From the NCBI GenBank assembly GCA_934486895.1, contig CAKSQZ010000005.1, forward strand, positions 5,147 to 69,146: a stretch of DNA of 64,000 nt, in the 5' to 3' direction. The DNA is from an uncultured Eubacteriales bacterium (GTDB lineage: Bacteria > Bacillota > Clostridia > Oscillospirales > Acutalibacteraceae). A program made the translations under genes and the position numbers. This document shows, in pieces, positions 27,264-36,322 of the stretch. Under the pieces are notes generated by a model, which was not told where the DNA came from, did not search any database, and saw only the letters and a list, made by a program, of their open reading frames with translations. Every line of letters starts with the position of its first letter. Positions within the stretch are counted from its first letter, which is position 1.

Positions 27264-29870
27264 TTATTTGCCGTAGTAAGCGTTGAGATACATCTGCTTG
27301 ATCTCGCTCATCAGCGGGTATCTCGGGTTTGCGCCCGTGCACTGATCGTCAAACGCCTGCTCTGTCATATCGTCAAGTCTGTCAAGGAAGTCCTTCTCAT
27401 CGATACCGTAATCCTTGATAGTCTTTTTGATTCCGACTCTTTCCTTGAGGTCATCGATCGCCTTGATAAGGTTCTCGAGCTTCTCGCTGTCGTTCTTGCC
27501 CTTGATACCGAGATAATCGGCAACTTCGGCATATCTGGCTAAGGTATGCGGATGATCGTACTGCGGGAATGTACCCATCTTAGCAGGAACTTCCTCTGCA
27601 TTGAAACGCAGAACTTCATCTATCATAAGTGCATTTGCAATACCGTGAGGCAGGTGGTGGAACGCACCGAGCTTATGAGCCATGGAGTGGCAGACGCCGA
27701 GGAATGCATTTGCAAATGCCATACCTGCCATTGTTGCCGCATGAGCCATCTTCTCACGCGCTACCGGATCGTTCGGGCCGTTGTCATAAGCTCTCGGAAG
27801 ATACTCGAAGATGACCTTGAGTGAACGCAGAGCCAGACCGTCTGTGAAGTCTGTTGCCATCATGGAAGCGTAAGCTTCAAGAGCATGAGTTACAGCATCG
27901 ATACCGGAAGCGGAGGTGAGTCCCTTAGGAGCGGTCATGTGCATATCCGCATCGATGATAGCCATGTTCGGGAGCAGCTCATAGTCAGCCAGCGGATACT
28001 TTGTGCCTGTTGTTTCATCGGTGATAACCGCGAACGGTGTGACCTCAGAACCTGTACCTGCGGATGTCGGAACAGCGATGAAGTATGCTTTCTCGCCCAT
28101 CTTCGGGAAGGTGTAGACTCTCTTTCTGATATCCATGAAACGCATAGCCATATCAAGGAAGTCTGCTTCGGGATGCTCATAGAGAACCCACATGATCTTT
28201 GCAGCGTCCATTGCGGAACCGCCGCCGATAGCGATGATTGTGTCCGGCTCAAACGACTTCATCAGCTCTGCGCCTTCTCTTGCGCAAGCGAGCGACGGAT
28301 CGGGAGCTACATTGTAGAATGTTGTGTGGACAATGCCCATTTCATCGAGCTTATCGGTGATCGGCTTTGTATAGCCGTTTTTGTAAAGGAAGCTATCTGT
28401 TACGATAAATGCTTTCTTCTTGCCCATGACATCCTTAAGCTCTGCCAATGCAACCGGCAGGCAGCCTTTCTTCAAATAAACCTTCTCAGGCGCTCTGAAC
28501 CAAAGCATATTTTCCCTTCTTTCGGCTACTGTTTTGATGTTGATAAGATGCTTTACGCCGACATTCTCGGATACCGAGTTGCCGCCCCACGAACCGCAGC
28601 CGAGGGTAAGCGACGGAGCAAGCTTGAAGTTATACAGATCGCCGATACCGCCCTGCGAAGACGGGGTGTTTACAAGAATACGGCAGGTCTTCATCTTTGC
28701 CGCAAAACGGTCTATCTTTTCGCGTTCGTTTACAGCGTCGAGGTAGATGCTCGATGTGTGGCCGTAACCACCGTCTGCAACAAGTCTCTCAGCCTTCGCA
28801 AAAGCATCGTCGATCGTTTTAGCCTTATACATTGCGAGGACCGGAGAAAGCTTCTCATGTGCAAATTCTTCGGAAAGCTCAACGCTCTCGACTTCACCGA
28901 TGAGAATCTTTGTTGATTCCGGAACAGTAACGCCTGCGAGTGCCGCGATCGTTACAGGTTTCTGGCCAACGATCTTAGCGTTAAGCGAGCCGTTGATAAT
29001 AATAGTCTTTCTGACTTTCTCTGTTTCATCTGCATTGAGGAAATAGCAGCCTCTGTCGGCAAACTCTTTCTTAACTGCTTTGTAAACTTTATCGAGGACG
29101 ATAACGCTCTGCTCAGAAGCGCAGATCATACCGTTATCAAATGTTTTTGAATGGATTATCGAGTTTACTGCGAGCTTGATGTCCGCAGTGTCATCGATGA
29201 TGGCAGGTGTGTTACCTGCGCCGACACCGAGCGCCGGCTTACCGCTCGAATAAGCTGCCTTGACCATGCCGGGGCCGCCTGTTGCGAGGATAATATCTGC
29301 CTCTTTCATGATGAGGTTTGTCATATCGAGCGACGGAACATCGATCCAGCCGATAAGGTTTTCAGGTGCACCTGCCGCAACTGCCGCTTCGAGGACCACC
29401 TTGGCAGCCTCGATCGTGGACTTCTTTGCTCTCGGGTGCGGGCTGATAATGATACCGTTTCTGGTTTTCAGCGCAATAAGTGTTTTGAAGATAGCGGTCG
29501 ATGTGGGGTTGGTCGTCGGAATGACTGCTGCGATAACGCCGATCGGCTCTGCGATCTTCATTGTGCCTGCCGACTTATCTTCTTCGATAACACCGCAAGT
29601 CTTGGTATTCTTATACGCATTATAGATATACTCCGATGCGTAGTGATTCTTTATGATCTTGTCTTCAACAACGCCCATGCCTGTCTCTTCGACTGCGAGC
29701 TTTGCAAGCGGGATTCTCATTTTGTTTGCTGCGATCGCCGCCGCCTGGAAGATCTTATCCACCTGCTCCTGTGTGTAGGTAGAATACTTCTGCTGAGCCG
29801 CTTTGACCTCTTTCAGTCTTGCTTCGAGCGCCTCAACGCTGTCAACGATAGGATACTTGGTTTCACTCAT
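27264..29870 (-). CDS. adhE: Bifunctional acetaldehyde-CoA/alcohol dehydrogenase
   Basis: 868 aa. N-terminal ALDH domain (catalytic Cys in FDNGMICASEQ) plus a C-terminal iron-ADH domain (GGGSAMDAAK, HxxxH). Confidence 0.95.
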   Translation of the reverse strand: MSETKYPIVDSVEALEARLKEVKAAQQKYSTYTQEQVDKIFQAAAIAANKMRIPLAKLAVEETGMGVVEDKIIKNHYASEYIYNAYKNTKTCGVIEEDKSAGTMKIAEPIGVIAAVIPTTNPTSTAIFKTLIALKTRNGIIISPHPRAKKSTIEAAKVVLEAAVAAGAPENLIGWIDVPSLDMTNLIMKEADIILATGGPGMVKAAYSSGKPALGVGAGNTPAIIDDTADIKLAVNSIIHSKTFDNGMICASEQSVIVLDKVYKAVKKEFADRGCYFLNADETEKVRKTIIINGSLNAKIVGQKPVTIAALAGVTVPESTKILIGEVESVELSEEFAHEKLSPVLAMYKAKTIDDAFAKAERLVADGGYGHTSSIYLDAVNEREKIDRFAAKMKTCRILVNTPSSQGGIGDLYNFKLAPSLTLGCGSWGGNSVSENVGVKHLINIKTVAERRENMLWFRAPEKVYLKKGCLPVALAELKDVMGKKKAFIVTDSFLYKNGYTKPITDKLDEMGIVHTTFYNVAPDPSLACAREGAELMKSFEPDTIIAIGGGSAMDAAKIMWVLYEHPEADFLDMAMRFMDIRKRVYTFPKMGEKAYFIAVPTSAGTGSEVTPFAVITDETTGTKYPLADYELLPNMAIIDADMHMTAPKGLTSASGIDAVTHALEAYASMMATDFTDGLALRSLKVIFEYLPRAYDNGPNDPVAREKMAHAATMAGMAFANAFLGVCHSMAHKLGAFHHLPHGIANALMIDEVLRFNAEEVPAKMGTFPQYDHPHTLARYAEVADYLGIKGKNDSEKLENLIKAIDDLKERVGIKKTIKDYGIDEKDFLDRLDDMTEQAFDDQCTGANPRYPLMSEIKQMYLNAYYGK

Positions 29871-29931
29871 TCTTGAATGCCCTCCTTGATTGTCTTGAGT
29901 AAAAGGGGTGTTTCCCTTTTTCCTTGTGTTT

Positions 29932-29960
29932 ATTATACTATATCAAAAAAGATATGTAAA
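29932..29960 (-). promoter_or_regulatory. Putative adhE promoter TTTACA-17-TATAAT
   Basis: rc of 29955-29960 is TTTACA, rc of 29932-29937 is TATAAT. Confidence 0.5.
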
Positions 29961-29973
29961 ATATAAAAAAGAT

Positions 29974-29997
29974 ATATCGATATGCTTTTATCGATAT
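29974..29997. promoter_or_regulatory. Paired palindromes ATATCGATAT-N4-TTATCGATAT just upstream of the adhE promoter
   Basis: Read directly from the sequence. The same composite with the same 14-bp centre-to-centre spacing recurs at 31680-31703. Confidence 0.55.
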
Positions 29998-30023
29998 GAG
30001 GTTATCTTTTTGTATAAATTAGC

Positions 30024-30944
30024 TCACAGCGAGCGTTTGGTTTTGGTTAATTCGTCAATAAACATATCGTCAAGCTGAGTCAACGTGTGATCCTTTTTGT
30101 AAATAAGCACATCTTTATAAACTTTTGCGTTTGCGCGGCACGGAATTTGGACAAGATTGCACTTCTCCAGAATTTCCTTCGGCACCGGCGCTTCCCACAT
30201 GAAAACATTATTATTGAAGATAAAAAGATCAAGCTGGCTGCCTCGCTCAAATATATTGATATATTTATCAACATTTCTGTTCTCTTCCTCTTTGCGGATT
30301 ATCGCTTCGGGAACAGACGGAACAAACGGATCGGGCTGCTGGATCTGAAAATAAGGCGCGAGATCCTCCGGATTGATATTATCCCTATTAGCAAGCGGAT
30401 GATCCTTAGACATCAGAACACTGTGGCGGAACTCAAATATAAGCTCATATTTAAAGTTCTTTTCTTCAAAAAGATCTTTGAAATACTTATCATAAGCCGA
30501 TGAATAGCGAACGATCGCCATATCATAATCAACATTGAGAATGTTACTGATGGCGCGCATTGCATTTGTTTCTTTGTAATAGATATCGGTCGGAGTATTG
30601 CGGTCGAGCCGACCGACAAAGTCGGTGAATGCACGGGAGATGTAATATGTTCTCGGAACGGAAATCTTGAAACCTGTGCTCGTCTTGCGTTCGCCGCGAT
30701 AAATATCTTCTACCTCTTCGACCTGTGCGATTATTCTTTTGGCATAGGTGAGAAATTCTTCTCCCTGTGCTGTCGGGATAACGCCTTTTGAAGTGCGCTT
30801 GAATATTTCGATGCCGAGAGAATCTTCAAGCTCTCTTATAGCTCTCGAAAGATTTGGCTGCCCCATATACAGATTTTCGGCCGCTTTGGTGATAGACGCA
30901 GTCTTGGCGACCTCAACCGCATACTTTAAATGAAGCAAATTCAT
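30024..30944 (-). CDS. LysR-family transcriptional regulator
   Basis: N-terminal wHTH LKYAVEVAKTASITKAAENLYMGQPNLSRAIRELE and a ~300-aa LTTR architecture. Confidence 0.9.
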   Translation of the reverse strand: MNLLHLKYAVEVAKTASITKAAENLYMGQPNLSRAIRELEDSLGIEIFKRTSKGVIPTAQGEEFLTYAKRIIAQVEEVEDIYRGERKTSTGFKISVPRTYYISRAFTDFVGRLDRNTPTDIYYKETNAMRAISNILNVDYDMAIVRYSSAYDKYFKDLFEEKNFKYELIFEFRHSVLMSKDHPLANRDNINPEDLAPYFQIQQPDPFVPSVPEAIIRKEEENRNVDKYINIFERGSQLDLFIFNNNVFMWEAPVPKEILEKCNLVQIPCRANAKVYKDVLIYKKDHTLTQLDDMFIDELTKTKRSL

Positions 30945-30985
30945 AATAATTCCCTGCCTTTATCAGATTTTTGCGATTCCCCTTT

Positions 30986-31615
30986 TCAGCTTTCCCCGCC
31001 CTCGAGATGTTTAGACAAAATCGCGAGCGATGAAGCCAGATTTTCGTTTTCAACGACGACTCCCGCAGGAACTTTTAAAATTGTGGGGGCAAAGTTCCAA
31101 ACGGCGCGGATACCGAGCCGAACGAGCGTATCGCACACTTCCTGAGCAGCAGATGCCGGAACTGTTATGATACCCAGCTTTATATTTTCATCTCTGCAGA
31201 CCTGCTGAAGGTGCGACATGGGAAGCACCCTCATACCGCTCGGAGCGTTCTCGCACGCCTCCGAATCACGGTCAAAAGCCGCAACAATATTCAAGCCGTA
31301 GTCGCCGAATCCGCTGTACGACATGAGAGCCTTGCCGAGATTACCCGCTCCGATAAGCACTGATTTGTTTTCGGAACCGCAATCAAGGTATTGCTCGATT
31401 TGAACTATAAGATCTTCGACATTATATCCGGTCTTGGGCTTCCCCTTACCCGAGATCGAACCGAGATCTTTTCTGACCTGAACATCGCCGAGTCCGAAAA
31501 CATCGGCTAATGCTGTTGCAGAGATATTATCGCGGCTGCCGCGCACCGACTTCAGATAATGAAGATACACCGGCAGGCGGCGCAGCGTTTGAACTGAAAT
31601 TGATTTGTTCTCCAT
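30986..31615 (-). CDS. rex: Redox-sensing transcriptional repressor Rex
   Basis: RLPVYLHYLK..., ISATALADVFG HTH, Rossmann motif IGAGNLGKAL. Confidence 0.9.
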   Translation of the reverse strand: MENKSISVQTLRRLPVYLHYLKSVRGSRDNISATALADVFGLGDVQVRKDLGSISGKGKPKTGYNVEDLIVQIEQYLDCGSENKSVLIGAGNLGKALMSYSGFGDYGLNIVAAFDRDSEACENAPSGMRVLPMSHLQQVCRDENIKLGIITVPASAAQEVCDTLVRLGIRAVWNFAPTILKVPAGVVVENENLASSLAILSKHLEGGES

Positions 31616-31679
31616 AAAAACACGATCCTTTCACAGAATTGTCCGTGTTATATTGTAACGCATTTTAATATTGCGTGCT

Positions 31680-31703
31680 ATATCGATATTTTGATATCGA
31701 TAT
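31680..31703. promoter_or_regulatory. Paired palindromes ATATCGATAT-N4-ATATCGATAT upstream of rex
   Basis: Read directly from the sequence. Lies 23-46 nt upstream of a possible -10 TACAAT (rc of 31652-31657). Confidence 0.55.
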
Positions 31704-31791
31704 ATAAGTATTTATATAATCCGTTACCGCTTATGGCGCAAGCTGCGTTTATATGTATTTATATGGAAAACTATGTGGAAAATATGAAGAA

Positions 31792-32964
31792 CTATACTTT
31801 CAGAACTCCGCTTTTGTCGATAACAGACACGACTTCGCGAAGTTTGTCCTCCGGCAGAACCAGCGCGAAACGCACATAACCCTCGCCGTGTTCACCGAAC
31901 GCACTGCCAGGTGTGCAGACGATGCCCGCCTTTTCCATAAGTTGAACGCAGAACTCTTCGGACGACGAAAAACCGCTCGGTATCGGTGCCCAGACAAACA
32001 TTGTGCCCTGACTGTTCGGAACATCCCAGCCGACAGAACGAAGTCCGCCGCACAAAGCATCTCTTCTTTTGCGGTATTCCTCGCACTGCTTTTCAACACC
32101 GTCAAACGGCTGTTTGAGCGCCTCGATCGCACCGAGCTGGATCGGCAGAAATGTGCCGAAATCATACTGTGTGCGAAGAAGCTTTACGGCGTCAATCAAT
32201 TCGCGGTTGCCGATCAAAAACGATATTCTCGCGCCTGTTACATTGAAGCTTTTTGAAAGCGAGAAAAATTCCGCTCCCTGCTCCTTTGCACCTTTGAACC
32301 TAAGGAATGAGCCGCCTTTTTTACCATCAAAAATAATATCGGAATAAGCGTTATCGTGGATCAGGATGATATCATTCTTTTGGCAGAAATCTATCGCTTT
32401 TTCATAAACACTGTCCGGTGCGACACTGCAGACCGGATTATACGGATATGAAATAACCATCATTTTTGTGGCTGCAGCGATATCGGGCGAAATACTGTCG
32501 AAATCGGGGAGAAAGCCGTTCTCCCTTTTAAGCGGATAAAACACCGGCTTACCGCCGCCGAGCACCGCGCCCGCTTCAAACACGGGATAACCCGGATCGG
32601 GCAGCAGAACGATATCGCCCTCATTGAGGATAGCCATACCGAGATGACCCATACCCTCCTGTGTGCCGTGAACTCCGACGATCTCATCACGTTCGATCGA
32701 CACGCCGAAGCGGCGTTTATAATAATCGCGGACAGCATCGATCAATTCGGGAATATCGCGCAGAGTATATCCGTAATTATGCGGATCGGCGCTTGCTTTC
32801 GATATTGCCTCCGTGACGCTCTTAGGCGCTAAAAAATCAGGTGTGCCGACAGAGAGATCATATATTTTCCGCCCTTTTGCTTCAAGCTCAAGCCGACGCT
32901 GATTAAGCGCGGCGAAAATGCCTGTTTTGAAATGAGAGAGCCTTTGGGCGGGGATTATATTCAT
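31792..32964 (-). CDS. Class I/II PLP-dependent aminotransferase
   Basis: Fold-type I pattern, including the SLSKSFNVTGARI PLP-lysine motif. Confidence 0.85.
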   Translation of the reverse strand: MNIIPAQRLSHFKTGIFAALNQRRLELEAKGRKIYDLSVGTPDFLAPKSVTEAISKASADPHNYGYTLRDIPELIDAVRDYYKRRFGVSIERDEIVGVHGTQEGMGHLGMAILNEGDIVLLPDPGYPVFEAGAVLGGGKPVFYPLKRENGFLPDFDSISPDIAAATKMMVISYPYNPVCSVAPDSVYEKAIDFCQKNDIILIHDNAYSDIIFDGKKGGSFLRFKGAKEQGAEFFSLSKSFNVTGARISFLIGNRELIDAVKLLRTQYDFGTFLPIQLGAIEALKQPFDGVEKQCEEYRKRRDALCGGLRSVGWDVPNSQGTMFVWAPIPSGFSSSEEFCVQLMEKAGIVCTPGSAFGEHGEGYVRFALVLPEDKLREVVSVIDKSGVLKV

Positions 32965-33102
32965 CTTAAACGCTTCCTCTTTTTTTTAATTAAATACGGC
33001 ATAAAGCGACACCTTACACCGCTGTTTTCATTTTATCATTACGCGATAAAAAAGTCAATACCGCTTTACGGTATAAACACAACTTATCTTCTGCGTTTTT
33101 TC

Positions 33103-33135
33103 AAAAAAACCGCCGAAATAACATCGACGGTTTTT
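33103..33135 (-). terminator. Rho-independent terminator of the ECF S-component gene
   Basis: The minus strand reads AACCGTCGA...TCGGCGGTT followed by TTTTTTT. Confidence 0.7.
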
Positions 33136-33152
33136 AATGAACATATTGATGA

Positions 33153-33662
33153 TCAGCCTTGTATTACCTTTGTGAGCTTGATCTTATCGAAAATCGCAAC
33201 AAGGACATAAGCGAGCACGATTCCTGCGACTGCCTGCACAAGGTTGCCGGGGATACTTGCCGCCGCCGCGAAGCCTTTGCCGAAGATAACGCCTGCCCAG
33301 AAGAAATAACCGAGTACCATTATCGCTTCTGCGCTGACTGCCGCGATAATACGCGATACATATTTATTAAGCGGCGTTCTGACAATGAGTGCGCAGACGA
33401 GCGCCATCAAAGCCTTGATTATCAAAGTGGCCGGGACATACGACATATAGCCCGAAAACGCATCGGCAAGGCACGAGCCGATTCCTGCTGCGAGAGCGCC
33501 GTAGACCGGGCCTAAAAGAAATCCCGAAAGCAGCACGAAGCAGTCACCGATGTTGACATAGCCGCCCATTGGGGACGGGATCTGGACCACCATTGTCGAA
33601 ACGCAGCAGAGCGCTGCAAGCAATGCCGAAAAAACGAGCTTTTGCAAATTCTTGTTCTTCAT
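33153..33662 (-). CDS. ECF-transporter substrate-specific (S) component
   Basis: About six hydrophobic segments in ~170 aa. Start set at MKNKNLQKL, 8 nt after GAAGGA. Confidence 0.75.
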   Translation of the reverse strand: MKNKNLQKLVFSALLAALCCVSTMVVQIPSPMGGYVNIGDCFVLLSGFLLGPVYGALAAGIGSCLADAFSGYMSYVPATLIIKALMALVCALIVRTPLNKYVSRIIAAVSAEAIMVLGYFFWAGVIFGKGFAAAASIPGNLVQAVAGIVLAYVLVAIFDKIKLTKVIQG

Positions 33663-33791
33663 AAAAAATCCTTCTTTCACACTCAATAAATAACCTCTTG
33701 CAAGTTTGGTTTGAGTATATTATAATATAAATTGATAATATCAAAATAGCCATTTTAATGTTTTTTAATAATACCAGATTGGAGATATTTT

Positions 33792-35186
33792 ATGCTGACT
33801 TACGATATGGAATCGAGAGGTGCTCTTTCGATGTATGATTATCTTTACAGATGTATACGCGATGACATTTGCAAAGGAAAGCTGAAGGAAGGCGAAAAGC
33901 TGCCGTCAAAGCGCACGCTCGCAGAGCATTTGGGCGTTAGCGTTATAACGATCGAAAACGCCTATGCACAGCTTGCCGCAGAGGGTTATATCTCACCTGT
34001 TGAAAAACGCGGTTACTTTATCTGCTTCACTGCGGACGAGTATCACACCGAAACAAATAATGTGAAAGCGGCAGACATAGAACAAAAAAACGATGTAAAA
34101 CCGTTTGCCGATTTTGTTTCAAACTCGATGAGAGCGGAATATTTTCCGTTTTCGGTTTGGGCGAAGCTTATGCGCCGGGCACTTTCCGAATCGGAGAGCG
34201 TTATGCTCAGCGCCGACGGCACAGGGGGATCGATGCTGCTCAGGACAGCGATAGCGGATTATCTTCGCCGATGCAGGGCGATGAGCGTTGAGCCGGAGCA
34301 GGTTATTGTAGGCGCGGGAACGGAATACTTATACAATCTGCTTATTCAGCTTCTCGGACGGGATAAGATCTATGCAACAGAGGATCCCGGATATTTGAAA
34401 ATCTCGCAGATATACAGTCTTTGCGGCGTCGGATGCGAGCGGATAGAAATGGATCGCGACGGCATTTTGCCCGAACGGCTTGACGAATGCGGCGCAAAAG
34501 TCGTGCATATTTCGCCCTCGCACCATTATCCGACAGGGACTGTCACACCGGCTAAAAGACGCGGCGAGCTTATTGAATGGGCGGACAAGGCAGACGGATA
34601 TATTATCGAGGATGATTATGACAGTGAGTTTCGTTTTTCCGGCAGACCTATCGCGACAATGCAGAGCCGCGACAGTTTCGGCAGGGTCATATACATCAAC
34701 ACATTCTCAAAGAGCTTATCTCCGTCGCTTCGTATTTCCTACATGGTTTTGCCGCATAGACTTCTAAATCAATTTTACAAAAAGCTCGGTGTTTATTCGA
34801 GCACTGTGCCTGCGATAATGCAGCATACTCTTGCTCAATTTATCAGCGAGGGGTGGTTTGAGAGACATATCAACCGAATGAAAAACCGATATCGAATCTG
34901 CCGAGATATTGTTATTTCGGCAATACAAAAAAGCCGATTTGCCGATATTGCGCAGATCGAAGAAGCAGATTCGGGGCTACACTTTATTTTGAAGCTCAAC
35001 ACCGATACTCCCGACAGCGAAATAATAAAAAAGGCAGCGGCAAACGGGATCCGTTTGTCCTGCCTTAATGATCACTCGACAAAGCCGAGAAAGGAATATG
35101 AACACCGCCTTATTATCAACTATTCCGGCGTTGATCCGCAGAGGATAGCTGACGCTGTTTCGCGAATGGAAAAGGCGATGCTTTGA
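33792..35186 (+). CDS. MocR/GabR/PdxR-type regulator (GntR HTH fused to an aminotransferase-like domain)
   Basis: N-terminal GntR wHTH (LPSKRTLAEHLGVSVITIENAY) plus a fold-type-I domain with the FSKSLSPSLRISY lysine motif. Confidence 0.85.
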   Translation: MLTYDMESRGALSMYDYLYRCIRDDICKGKLKEGEKLPSKRTLAEHLGVSVITIENAYAQLAAEGYISPVEKRGYFICFTADEYHTETNNVKAADIEQKNDVKPFADFVSNSMRAEYFPFSVWAKLMRRALSESESVMLSADGTGGSMLLRTAIADYLRRCRAMSVEPEQVIVGAGTEYLYNLLIQLLGRDKIYATEDPGYLKISQIYSLCGVGCERIEMDRDGILPERLDECGAKVVHISPSHHYPTGTVTPAKRRGELIEWADKADGYIIEDDYDSEFRFSGRPIATMQSRDSFGRVIYINTFSKSLSPSLRISYMVLPHRLLNQFYKKLGVYSSTVPAIMQHTLAQFISEGWFERHINRMKNRYRICRDIVISAIQKSRFADIAQIEEADSGLHFILKLNTDTPDSEIIKKAAANGIRLSCLNDHSTKPRKEYEHRLIINYSGVDPQRIADAVSRMEKAML

Positions 35187-35190
35187 TATT

Positions 35191-36273
35191 TTATTTTTCG
35201 ATAGTTCCGCCGCCGAGCACGGTATCGCCGTCATAGAAAACGACCGCCTGACCCGGTGTTATCGCTCTTGCGGGCTCATAGAAGCTGACCTTGACGCCAT
35301 CGCCGTCACTGCTGACAAAAGCGCGCTGTGCAGGCCCGTTATATCGGATCTTTGCCATACATTCGATACCCTCCTTCGGCAGTTTATCAAACGCGATCCA
35401 ATTGAGATCATCGGCAAAAAGCTCGGTTTTGAATGTGTCGGAATTGTTGCCGAGGATAACGCGGTTATTCTTCGGGTCAAGTCCGCAGACAAACATCGGT
35501 TTGCCGAAAGTCATGCCTAAGTGCTTACGCTGACCGACGGTATAGTGAATAATGCCGCGGTGTCTGCCGATGACATTGCCGCTTGTGTCCACAAAGTCTC
35601 CGGGAGAGCTTTTATAGCCTCTGCTCTCGATGAACGAGGCATAGTCATTGTCCTTGACAAAGCAGATCTCCTGCGAATCGGGTTTATCGAAAACAGGGAT
35701 ACCGAGAGCCTGCGCTTTTTCTCTGACCTCGGGTTTTTCCATTGTGCCTATCGGCAAAAGAAGATGAGATAACTGACGCTGAGTTAAAGTGTAGAGCGCA
35801 TAGGTCTGATCCTTTTTATCGGTGACGGAGCGGCGCAGAAGATATCTGCCGTTTTCATTGGCGACTATACCGTAGTGACCGGTTGCGATATAGTCAAATC
35901 CGAGCACCAGTGCTCTGCGCAGGAATTCCTCGAACTTCACTGTTCGGTTGCACATGACGCAGGGGTTTGGTGTTCTGCCTCTAGTGTATTCCGAAACAAA
36001 AGGAGTGATAACATTCTGCTCGAAATTCTCTTTGAAATTCAGAACATGATATCTGATACCGAGCCGATTGGCGACTGCGCGGGCATCGTCCACCGCAGAA
36101 AGTGAACAGCATCCGCGGGTTATTTTCTCTTCTTCATCGGAAATATCGGGCCATATCTGCATGGTCGCGCCTTCGACATCATAGCCCGCTTCAAGCAGCA
36201 TTGCCGCCGCGACCGATGAATCGACGCCGCCGCTCATTGCCACCAAAACTCTCTTTTTCTCCATTGTCACCAA
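35191..36273 (-). CDS. mnmA: tRNA 2-thiouridine(34) synthase
   Basis: PP-loop VAMSGGVDSS and conserved Cys residues. An alternative ATG start lies at 36264. Confidence 0.9.
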   Translation of the reverse strand: MVTMEKKRVLVAMSGGVDSSVAAAMLLEAGYDVEGATMQIWPDISDEEEKITRGCCSLSAVDDARAVANRLGIRYHVLNFKENFEQNVITPFVSEYTRGRTPNPCVMCNRTVKFEEFLRRALVLGFDYIATGHYGIVANENGRYLLRRSVTDKKDQTYALYTLTQRQLSHLLLPIGTMEKPEVREKAQALGIPVFDKPDSQEICFVKDNDYASFIESRGYKSSPGDFVDTSGNVIGRHRGIIHYTVGQRKHLGMTFGKPMFVCGLDPKNNRVILGNNSDTFKTELFADDLNWIAFDKLPKEGIECMAKIRYNGPAQRAFVSSDGDGVKVSFYEPARAITPGQAVVFYDGDTVLGGGTIEK

Positions 36274-36293
36274 CCCTGAGCTTTTTTAATGAA

Positions 36294-36322
36294 ATATTAG
36301 CATACTTTCGGTATTGTGTCAA
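36294..36322 (-). promoter_or_regulatory. Promoter TTGACA-17-TAATAT for mnmA
   Basis: rc of 36317-36322 is TTGACA, rc of 36294-36299 is TAATAT. Confidence 0.55.

Noticed and set aside
27885-28916. 343-aa plus-strand ORF. Similar long antisense ORFs occur at 14539-15363, 15988-16755, 24799-25719, 29151-29876, 42153-43088, 43271-44047, 47093-48259, 49074-49745, 51386-52012, 60199-60759, 60763-61374 and 62995-63585.
   Set aside because: Each lies entirely antisense to a gene with an unmistakable conserved product (adhE, M15 peptidase, DUF1015, hydS, GH16, aspartate kinase, tsf/rpsB, purC/purF, purB, LicD, tarI, GT4). The translations are Arg/Cys/Ser-rich low-complexity sequences with no RBS. 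They are shadow ORFs.
29871-31791. Canonical Rex boxes (TTGTGAA-N6-TTCACAA or TTGTTAA-N4-TTAACAA) upstream of adhE and rex
   Set aside because: Only partial, wrongly oriented half-sites are present (for example TTCACAGAATTGT at 31630-31642). No convincing Rex operator was found, so none is annotated.
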